32,000 nt of DNA from positions 39,232 through 71,231 of the forward strand of contig JBMOPD010000007.1 in NCBI GenBank assembly GCA_049323615.1. Reading direction: 5' to 3'. This document shows, one piece after another, positions 8,848-15,986 of this stretch. This stretch comes from Bacillota bacterium (lineage in GTDB: Bacteria; Bacillota; Desulfotomaculia; Desulfotomaculales; Desulfocucumaceae). The notes under the pieces were generated by a model. The model worked only from the letters and a program-made list of their open reading frames with translations, did not search any database and was not told where the DNA came from. The translations under genes were made by a program, and so were the position numbers. How positions within the stretch are numbered: the stretch's first letter is position 1; each line of letters starts with the position of its first letter.

Positions 8848-9909
8848 CTACTCTTCCAGGGCTTCCAGGATTGCCTGCCAGTTGCAGTACTCCACTATAT
8901 TCTCCAGTGTTATCCTTACTCCCGCCTTGTCTCCGGGAGTTATATGCCTGGATATCCTGGAAATCTTGTCGATGGTGGTATACGTGTCGTAATGGACCAG
9001 GATTACCGGCACGCCCTTCTCTTCGGCCCTGGCCAGCACCTTGACGTCGGGGTAAAGCCCGCCGGTCAGGATCAGCGCCGATGTGCTGGTTTCCAGGGCG
9101 GCCAGCGCCAGGTCGGCCCTGTCCCCGCCGAGAACAACGGCCTTATCGGCGGAGCGGCGCAGGTACCTGATGGCTCCGTCCAGGGTCATGGCCCCCACCA
9201 TGATATCCTCCACCAGCAGGCCCAGCCGGTCATGGCCGGCCAGTATTTCCCCGCCCAGTTCCTTGTAAAATTCCTCCACCGTGGGGGCTGCTATCTCCGG
9301 GCGCCTGGGGATTACGCCCAGGGTCTTAAACCCCCGCTCTTCCAGGATGGGGGCGAAGATCCCCTTTGTCTTGGAGACCAGGGGCCAGGGGATGTTGTTG
9401 AACAGGTTGCCCACCACGGACACAGTTTTAGCCTCCAGGTGCTCGTTCAGGAAAAGGGCCTGGTCAACGCTGAAGTCATTTTCTATCTTTATGGTCACCA
9501 GCACCTTGGCTCCCAGCTTAAGGGCCAGGGCAACGTCGCACAGTCCCCAGCTCTTATAAATATAAGGCTTGACGGCACCATCGATAAGCACTATATCCGC
9601 GCCCCGGGCCACCCTCTGGTAGGAGCTTATAATGGCTTCCACCGATTCCCTCTTTTTGCCCCCGGAAAGGTACGACTGCCCGGCCCGGCAGGGCACGATG
9701 TCGCTGATGGGACTTTCCATGTTGAGGATCTCCTTCATCAGCACGGCATCCTCGTCTTCCTGGCCGTTGGCCCGCAGGGGAGCCCCCACGGGCTTAAAAT
9801 AAGCAACCTTTTTGCCTTCCCGCTGAAATTTGAGGGCCAGCCCCAAAACCACCATTGTCTTGCCGCTGCCGGGATAACCGATGACATACAAATTTTTCAT
9901 TTTATTCAC
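8848..9909 (-). CDS. DRTGG-domain protein with a P-loop (BioD/CobQ-like) N-terminal domain, resembling the N-terminal regulatory half of phosphotransacetylase
   Basis: 353 aa. It has the P-loop GYPGSGKT and a C-terminal GGDRADLALAALETSTSALILTGG (DRTGG signature). Its start lies 1 nt after the stop of the upstream ACD gene. Confidence 0.8.
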   Translation of the reverse strand: MNKMKNLYVIGYPGSGKTMVVLGLALKFQREGKKVAYFKPVGAPLRANGQEDEDAVLMKEILNMESPISDIVPCRAGQSYLSGGKKRESVEAIISSYQRVARGADIVLIDGAVKPYIYKSWGLCDVALALKLGAKVLVTIKIENDFSVDQALFLNEHLEAKTVSVVGNLFNNIPWPLVSKTKGIFAPILEERGFKTLGVIPRRPEIAAPTVEEFYKELGGEILAGHDRLGLLVEDIMVGAMTLDGAIRYLRRSADKAVVLGGDRADLALAALETSTSALILTGGLYPDVKVLARAEEKGVPVILVHYDTYTTIDKISRISRHITPGDKAGVRITLENIVEYCNWQAILEALEE

Positions 9910-9910
9910 C

Positions 9911-12016
9911 TCACGAAACCGAAATGGTAATTTTTATATCGAGGGCGCTTAAACCTTCCGCATAGGCAAAAACCGGGTTGACGTCGATTTCAGTGATTTC
10001 CGGAAAGTCCATGGCCAGGCAGGCGACACGCCCCACCGCATCCACCAGGGCACTTATGTCCCTGGGCTTTTCACCCCGGTAACCCCTCAGAAGAGTATAC
10101 GCCTTGGTCTCGGTAAGCATCTTTTCAATTTCCCTGCGGGAAAGCCTCCTGGCCAGGCGGAAAGACACGTCTTTAAGCAGGTTTACATAAATTCCGCCCA
10201 GCCCCACCGCGATCATGGGGCCGAACTGGACATCCCTGGTCATCCCGATGATCAGTTCGGTCCCTTTGGGCATCATCTTCTGCACCTCGACCCCGTAGAT
10301 ATCGGCCTGGGGCATGTATCGGTAGGAATTTTCCATTATTTCCAGGAAGCCGCTGTACACCTCCTCCGCTGTGTTCAGCCCCACCTTCACTCCGCCCACA
10401 TCGGTCTTGTGCAGTATTTTCGGCGAGGCCACCTTGAGCACCACCGGATACCCCAGTTTACCGGCCTCCTCTACTGCCTCCTCGGGGTTGGCGGCCAGCA
10501 CTATGGGCGCCGCCGGTATCCCGTAGGCCCGGGCCACGTCGGCCGCCTCGCTGCCCAGCAAAACCAGGCGGTTGTCCCTGAGCACATCGTAAAACACCGC
10601 TTTTACCGCCTTCTTGTCGATATCGGCAAACTTGACTGTCCCGCCGGTATCCGGAGAATTCCTGTATTCATTGTACCGGACCATCTCGCTGATGGAGGCG
10701 ATTACGGGCTCGGGAAAAGTATAGCAGGGAATCCCGGCCTCTTTTAATATATTCTTGCCCTCGGCCATGGAGGGCCCGCCGATGTAAGTCACGTAAAACA
10801 CCTTGTCCGGGTATTTATTCTTCATGTCTATAACCACCCTGGAAGTTTCCGATGGGTTGTTGGTGGCCGTGGGACAGGCAATCACCACCACGCTGTCCAC
10901 ATTGGGATCGCTGCACACCTTATCTATGGCAAACTGGTACCGGTCGGCCATGGCGTCCCCCAACACGTCCACCGGGTTGTAAATACCGGCCTCGGCCGGC
11001 AGGCCACCCCTCAGGGCATCCAGTGTCTCCTTGGTGAAACGGGACATGGTCAGCCCCTTAAGCTCGATGTTATCTGAAGTAATAATGCCGGGGCCTCCGG
11101 AATTGGTCACAATGGCCACTTTGGGCCCTTTGGGCACCGGCGACTTGGCAAAGGCTACGGCCAGGTCGAACAGCTCGGTAATGGTGCGCGCCCGGATCAC
11201 CCCGCACTGCCTGAATGCAATATCGTACGCCAGGTCGCTCCCGGCCAGGGCGCCGGTATGGGATGAGGCGGCCTGGGCACCGGCCTGGCTGGTCCCCGAC
11301 TTGTATATAATTACGGGCTTCTTCCGGGCGGCCTGGCTGACCACGTCCAGAAACCGGGGGCCGTCGGTGACATCCTCGATGTAACACAAAATAACCCTGG
11401 TATAGGGGTCGTCAGCGGCCTCCTGGATAAAGTCCATCTCCGAGAGGTCGGCCTTGTTTCCCAGGCTCACAATCTTTGAAAAACCCAGCCCCACCTCGTG
11501 GCTCCAGTCCAGTATAGCCACCAGCATGGCCCCGCTCTGGGAGAAAAAGGCCATATCCCCCTTTAAGGGGAAACCCTTGACAAAGGTTGTATTGATGGGC
11601 ACGTGGGTATCCATCATACCGGCGCAGTTTGGCCCCAGCATTCTCATGCCGTACTGCCGGCACAGGGCCAGCAGCTTTTTTTCCATATCCAGGCCTTCCC
11701 TGCCGATTTCCTTAAAGCCCGCGGTAATGGTCACCAGATTCTTGACCCCGTTCTCGCCGCACTCCCCGGCCACCTCCAGCACCCTGGCGGCAGGCACCAC
11801 TATCACCGCCACATCAACTTTTTCCGGCAGGCCGCTGATCGAAGGGTATGCCTTTAAGTTCTCAATTTCACTTTCTTTTGGATTAATGGGGTAAATTCTT
11901 CCTCCGTACCCTGATGAAATCAGGTTTCTGACTATGGCATTGCTTATTTTTCCCGGCGATCTGGATGCCCCTATAACGGCCACGGACGCCGCATCAAAGA
12001 AGCTTTTGATGCTCAT
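9911..12016 (-). CDS. Acetyl-CoA synthetase (ADP-forming) / acetate--CoA ligase family protein (fused alpha-beta ACD)
   Basis: 701 aa. It has an N-terminal CoA-binding motif (SVAVIGASRSPGKISN), a succinyl-CoA-synthetase-like ligase domain and a C-terminal ATP-grasp. It has no GNAT domain, so it is not a Pat-type acetyltransferase. Confidence 0.9.
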   Translation of the reverse strand: MSIKSFFDAASVAVIGASRSPGKISNAIVRNLISSGYGGRIYPINPKESEIENLKAYPSISGLPEKVDVAVIVVPAARVLEVAGECGENGVKNLVTITAGFKEIGREGLDMEKKLLALCRQYGMRMLGPNCAGMMDTHVPINTTFVKGFPLKGDMAFFSQSGAMLVAILDWSHEVGLGFSKIVSLGNKADLSEMDFIQEAADDPYTRVILCYIEDVTDGPRFLDVVSQAARKKPVIIYKSGTSQAGAQAASSHTGALAGSDLAYDIAFRQCGVIRARTITELFDLAVAFAKSPVPKGPKVAIVTNSGGPGIITSDNIELKGLTMSRFTKETLDALRGGLPAEAGIYNPVDVLGDAMADRYQFAIDKVCSDPNVDSVVVIACPTATNNPSETSRVVIDMKNKYPDKVFYVTYIGGPSMAEGKNILKEAGIPCYTFPEPVIASISEMVRYNEYRNSPDTGGTVKFADIDKKAVKAVFYDVLRDNRLVLLGSEAADVARAYGIPAAPIVLAANPEEAVEEAGKLGYPVVLKVASPKILHKTDVGGVKVGLNTAEEVYSGFLEIMENSYRYMPQADIYGVEVQKMMPKGTELIIGMTRDVQFGPMIAVGLGGIYVNLLKDVSFRLARRLSRREIEKMLTETKAYTLLRGYRGEKPRDISALVDAVGRVACLAMDFPEITEIDVNPVFAYAEGLSALDIKITISVS

Positions 12017-12271
12017 TGGATCACCCCTTTTATCCTCAAAGTCCGGCTGTCATGGTTTTTCCGGAATATAGCAAGACTAATATTTTTAATTATAAATCGG
12101 CTGTTATATCAAGTAAATAGCTAATTAGCGAGTTTGTGCATAATAGTACTATTTTCAATTTAGTGATAATTTAGCTTATCCAGAAAATATTATGGGTCAG
12201 TGGGAGTCCGGTTATTTTTAATGACCTTCAGGCAGAATATATTGACAGGAAAAGCAAGGGAGGTGTATGAC

Positions 12272-12532
12272 TTGTCTTTTGAGATCCTGACCAGGGTTGA
12301 CCGGGACCTTTCGGTGGAACCCAGTTACATAGTCAGGTACCAGGTATTCGAGGACGGCCATTTTCTGGGGGACGGGGTGGTGCAGTACCACAGGCTGGCG
12401 GAAGCCAACGATTTTGCCATACCCGGCACAATCCGCCGGAAGGACGGAAGGCCCCTCCCCGTTGAAGCCAGGGGCAAGATTATCCGGAGCATACACGATG
12501 CCGTCAAACCATATATAACAGCCGGCCACTAA
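12272..12532 (+). CDS. Hypothetical small protein (start uncertain; the ORF is open from 12200)
   Basis: TTG at 12272 lies 6 nt after AAGGGAGGTG. Alternative starts are ATG 12221 and GTG 12200. I recognise no motif. It converges on the ThrRS-ED gene with a 12-bp gap. Confidence 0.45.
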   Translation: MSFEILTRVDRDLSVEPSYIVRYQVFEDGHFLGDGVVQYHRLAEANDFAIPGTIRRKDGRPLPVEARGKIIRSIHDAVKPYITAGH

Positions 12533-12544
12533 AAACAGGGCGGC

Positions 12545-12961
12545 CTATACTATCCTGGCAACCCTTGAGTAGGGGTGCCCCTTGGCGTTGATCTCCAGGG
12601 TGTTGAACCAGCCAAAGGGCGTGCGCAAGGCATCAAACCCCTTTTGTTTTAAAATTTCTTTTACCCCGTCCATAATCTCCAGGGAGGACTCCGGGGGCCC
12701 CAGCCTGGCAAAAAGGTGGGCAAAGGGGTGCAGCACGATGGTGTTCACCTTCAGGTTGCGGGCGTTCTTTTCTATCTCGGCAGCCGCCCTTGCCGCAACT
12801 TCTTCCGGTCTTTCCTCGTCGCCGGCCTCAACACTCAGCAGCACCACCACCGACTCCCCGACGCTGGTTTCCCGGGGTTCCGGCGGCTCCACCACTTTGG
12901 ACCGCCCCTTTTCGGTTATGCAGCTGCGGAAGCTGTTGACGTGCATCATTATAAATCGCAT
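12545..12961 (-). CDS. Free-standing archaeal-type threonyl-tRNA synthetase editing domain protein (tRNA-Thr-ED, DTD-like fold)
   Basis: 138 aa. Its length and motifs match archaeal ThrRS N-terminal editing domains as I recall them: MRFIMMH start, HPFAHL, PFGWF, KGHP. RBS AAAGGAGG lies upstream. Confidence 0.75.
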   Translation of the reverse strand: MRFIMMHVNSFRSCITEKGRSKVVEPPEPRETSVGESVVVLLSVEAGDEERPEEVAARAAAEIEKNARNLKVNTIVLHPFAHLFARLGPPESSLEIMDGVKEILKQKGFDALRTPFGWFNTLEINAKGHPYSRVARIV

Positions 12962-13041
12962 GAATGACCTCCTTTTCTATCCTGCATTCTTAATTCAGGC
13001 AGTCTTCCAGATATAATTTATTGCTAATATTTTCATCAACA

Positions 13042-13069
13042 CTCCTGTCTCCTGTCTTCTGTCTCCCAA
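13042..13069. repeat. Heptanucleotide tandem array CTCCTGT CTCCTGT CTTCTGT CTCCCAA
   Basis: Direct reading. The unit is the reverse complement of the ACAGGAG array at 31377-31404. It lies in the 113-bp gap between the TtcA-like and ThrRS-ED genes. Confidence 0.8.
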
Positions 13070-13074
13070 TTTCC

Positions 13075-13896
13075 CTAATCTGTTCCCTCCATGATTAATC
13101 TGCTTTTAGTCCTGGGCACCCGGGGCAGGGTGCGGGGCCAGAGATTTTCCAGGTCCGCACCCTGCAGGGCCGAAAGCACCTTTTCCCTCAGGTCGGGATA
13201 CTTTGACTTAAGCCCTTTTACCACGGCCTTTATCTCTTCCCGCTTGGTGAAACCGCTGACCGGGCAGGGATTCTCAATTACCGGCACCTTCTCCATGACA
13301 GCCAGCTCCCTTATGGTTTCCTGGCCCAGGTAGACCAGGGGCCTGATCATGTACAGTCCGGTCCTGTCCAAAAAGGTGTTGGGAGAAAAGGTCCTGAACT
13401 GCCCGGTATAAAAAAGACTCATAAAGAAGGTGTCCACCACGTCGTCCAGGTGGTGGCCCAGGGCTACCCTGTTGCACCCCAGTTTCAGGGCCAGTTCGTT
13501 CAGCGCCCCCCGCCTGAGGGTGGAACAAAGGGCGCAGGGATTTTTTTCGTTCCTCACGTCAAAAACTATCTGCCCGATGTCGGTGGCCTGGTAAATAAAA
13601 TCTATCTCCATCCGCCGGCAGTATTCCTCAAGCGGTGTGATGTCCATACCAAACCCCAGGTCCAGGTAAATACCGTGTATCGCGAATTTAACGGGGGCTG
13701 TCCGCCTGACCGCGTCCAGGGCGTACAAAAGCACGCCGCTGTCCTTTCCCCCGGACAGTCCCACCGCCAGGCGGTCACCGCCGGCGATCATGCCGTAATC
13801 GACAATGGCCCTTTTTACTTTGGCCAGGGCCCACCGCCGGAAATCCTTCTTCCCCATGGGCTGCTCCTTTAATTTGTCACGCACCCTGTTTAACAT
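13075..13896 (-). CDS. PP-loop ATPase, TtcA-family tRNA 2-thiocytidine/thiolation enzyme
   Basis: 273 aa. It carries the PP-loop LSGGKDSGVLLYAL and cysteine motifs NPCALCSTLRRG and ENPCPVSG. Confidence 0.85.
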   Translation of the reverse strand: MLNRVRDKLKEQPMGKKDFRRWALAKVKRAIVDYGMIAGGDRLAVGLSGGKDSGVLLYALDAVRRTAPVKFAIHGIYLDLGFGMDITPLEEYCRRMEIDFIYQATDIGQIVFDVRNEKNPCALCSTLRRGALNELALKLGCNRVALGHHLDDVVDTFFMSLFYTGQFRTFSPNTFLDRTGLYMIRPLVYLGQETIRELAVMEKVPVIENPCPVSGFTKREEIKAVVKGLKSKYPDLREKVLSALQGADLENLWPRTLPRVPRTKSRLIMEGTD

Positions 13897-13988
13897 AAAA
13901 TATCCCCGAAAACAGGAATTAAAACCGTCTACGGAATAATTTGCGGAAGGCAGTACCAGATTATCGCCAGGCGGACCCAGCAGAGAGA

Positions 13989-15023
13989 TTAAAAGCGCCA
14001 GTATCTTCCGAGCCTGGATACCACCCGGGCGATTACCGCGGCGGTGCCAGCCCCTGCGGCTTCATTTCTTTTCGCTCTTTTTTCCTCCCCGGGGCCGGAG
14101 AACGACTTCAGCACTTCCACCGTGCACCGGGCCAGGCCCCCCAGGGCATACCCGCCCTCGAGGGCGGCCACCAAACGCCCGCCGCATACCTGCCGGGCCA
14201 GCCCGGCCACAACGGCCCCCAGCCGGCCGAAGCCCTCGGTGCTCAGCCCCATTCCGCCGATAGGGTCCCCCCGCCAGGCGTCCTGCCCGGCGGCCACCAT
14301 GATCATGTCCGGCCGGTACTGCCTGCAGACCGGAACCAGCACCCTGTCGAATACCTCAAGGTAATCCGGGTCCCCGGCGCCGCCGGGCAAAGGCACGTTT
14401 ATGTTGTAACCCGCACCGGGGCCCTCTCCGACATCCTCCGGCCACCCGGTACCCGGGTAGCCCATGGCCCGGTGCACCGAAAAATACAGCACGGCGGGAT
14501 CATTGTAAAAAATCCGCTCGATTCCGTTGCCGTGGTGGGCGTCCCAGTCCACCACCAGCACCCTTTCCAGCCCCCGCCCCAGGACGTGACGGGCGGCCAC
14601 GGCCAGGTTGTTGAAAAAGCAGAACCCCATTCCCAGCGACGGTTTGGCGTGGTGCCCCGGCGGCCTGACCAGGGCGAAACAATTCTCCACCTCACCGTTT
14701 AAAACCGCCTCCACGGCCGTGATCGCCCCGCCGGCCGCCAGAACGGCCGCCTCAAAGGTACGGGAGGACCCCACGTTGCCGCCCATGAAGGAACCCCCGC
14801 CCCGGCGCGAAAACTCCTCCACTTTCTCTATGTATTCCATGTGGTGGACCAGGGTCAGTTCCCCCACAGTGGCCGGGCGGGGTTCGATAATTTTCAGGCT
14901 GCTCTTGATACCGGCCGCTGCTATCCCTTCCATAATCGTCTTTAGCCGGTCCGGCCTCTCCACGTGACTACCGGTATCGTGTTCCAGGTATGCGTCGTGA
15001 TAAACCAGGCCGGTCACAGCCAC
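13989..15023 (-). CDS. Histone deacetylase-family protein (AcuC/acetoin-utilisation-like lysine or polyamine deacetylase)
   Basis: 344 aa. It carries the motifs RPPGHHA, VVDWDAHHGNG and LEGGY. Confidence 0.9.
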   Translation of the reverse strand: MAVTGLVYHDAYLEHDTGSHVERPDRLKTIMEGIAAAGIKSSLKIIEPRPATVGELTLVHHMEYIEKVEEFSRRGGGSFMGGNVGSSRTFEAAVLAAGGAITAVEAVLNGEVENCFALVRPPGHHAKPSLGMGFCFFNNLAVAARHVLGRGLERVLVVDWDAHHGNGIERIFYNDPAVLYFSVHRAMGYPGTGWPEDVGEGPGAGYNINVPLPGGAGDPDYLEVFDRVLVPVCRQYRPDMIMVAAGQDAWRGDPIGGMGLSTEGFGRLGAVVAGLARQVCGGRLVAALEGGYALGGLARCTVEVLKSFSGPGEEKRAKRNEAAGAGTAAVIARVVSRLGRYWRF

Positions 15024-15050
15024 TTATCATCCATCCCGTGAAGCTTTTTC

Positions 15051-15072
15051 GTCAGAATCCAGAATTCAGAAG
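15051..15072. repeat. Heptamer-type repeat GTCAGAATCCAGAATTCAGAAG (left inverted end of the 15051-15306 block)
   Basis: It matches the reverse complement of 15290-15306 (GTCAGAATTCAGAATAA) at 14 of 15 positions. It also matches the reverse complement of the TCTGGAT array at 31604-31638. Confidence 0.75.
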
Positions 15073-15250
15073 TTAAAAAGACCAATCCCCGAAAAGTTTG
15101 CCTGCTCCGGTATTAATTTTACAGTGTCCGCCAAATTTAGGCAACTGTATAGGGTACCCACCCGTCACTGTCCCTTTTCCTCCCCCAAAATAAAAGACAC
15201 CCCTTCCGGGATGTCCCTAAAGGCTTACCCTGAAAATCTTTCCCGTCAGA

Positions 15251-15304
15251 ATCCAAAAAGCCAGAATACAGAATAGATGCACTGTACTTTTATTCTGAAT
15301 TCTG
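15251..15304 (-). terminator. Intrinsic terminator of the ubiX-ending operon, built from heptamer repeat units
   Basis: Arms at 15262-15275 (CAGAATACAGAATA) and 15291-15304 (TATTCTGAATTCTG) pair at 13 of 14 positions. On the minus-strand RNA the hairpin is followed by GCUUUUUGG. The ubiX stop codon (15290-15292) lies at the loop/arm junction of this hairpin. Confidence 0.6.
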
Positions 15305-15922
15305 ACTGCTGGCGGCTGATTGCTGACAGCCGACTGCTATTTTCAAGAAAACTTTCCTTTCCTCAAGGCCCATCCAGCGCTTGAAAAGTCCGTGGGGGAC
15401 CCCTACCAGGTCCAGGGCCTTCCCCACCGTCTGGTTGATTACATCGTCCAGCTGTTTGGGCTGGTGGTAAAAGGCCGGAACCGGAGGCATCAGTATCCCG
15501 CCGGCCATGGTGACCTGCTCCATCAGCCTGATGTGCCCCAGGTGCAGCGGGGTTTCCCGCAACAGCAGGACCAGCCTCCTTCTTTCCTTGAGCACCACAT
15601 CGGCGGCCCTGGCCATCAGGTTGTCGTTGTAAGAACAGGCTATGGCCGAAAGGGTCTTAACAGAACAGGGAGCGATGATCATGCCGGCGGTCTGAAAAGA
15701 TCCGCTGGCGATTGAAGCCCCGACGTTTTCCATGTCGTATGTCCTGTGGGCCAGTCCCCTGACATAATTTAAATCGTAGGATGTCTCATGGGTTATGGTT
15801 ATTTCGGCCACCCTGGATATAATCAGGTGGGTTTCAATATTTTTTTCGGACGCCAGCACCTCCAGCAACCGGATGCCGTAAATGGCCCCGCTGGCGCCGC
15901 TTATGCCGACGATAATTCTCAT
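15290..15922 (-). CDS. ubiX: UbiX-family flavin prenyltransferase (prFMN synthase)
   Basis: 210 aa. The N-terminus MRIIVGISGASGAIYGIRLLEVL is the classic UbiX/Pad1 flavoprotein start. The last ~17 residues derive from the heptamer repeat. Confidence 0.9.
   Translation of the reverse strand: MRIIVGISGASGAIYGIRLLEVLASEKNIETHLIISRVAEITITHETSYDLNYVRGLAHRTYDMENVGASIASGSFQTAGMIIAPCSVKTLSAIACSYNDNLMARAADVVLKERRRLVLLLRETPLHLGHIRLMEQVTMAGGILMPPVPAFYHQPKQLDDVINQTVGKALDLVGVPHGLFKRWMGLEERKVFLKIAVGCQQSAASSQNSE
15293..15341. repeat. Seven consecutive degenerate heptads TTCTGAA TTCTGAC TGCTGGC GGCTGAT TGCTGAC AGCCGAC TGCTATT
   Basis: Direct reading shows strict 7-nt periodicity. The stretch lies inside the 3' end of the ubiX ORF and encodes the tail IAVGCQQSAASSQNSE. 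Confidence 0.75.
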
Positions 15923-15986
15923 CGGAAACCCTCTTTCTTCAAAAAATGGGGCTGCCTCCGGGTACGCCGGGGGCTGTTGGTTTTCA

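Noticed and set aside
15024-15306. Annotating the repeat-bounded blocks (15051-15306 and 31370-31636) as definite MITEs or mobile elements.
   Set aside because: Only the low-complexity ends are similar and the internal sequences of the two blocks are unrelated. I see no target-site duplication, and no transposase is in the window. I keep them as repeats with a mobile-element hypothesis.
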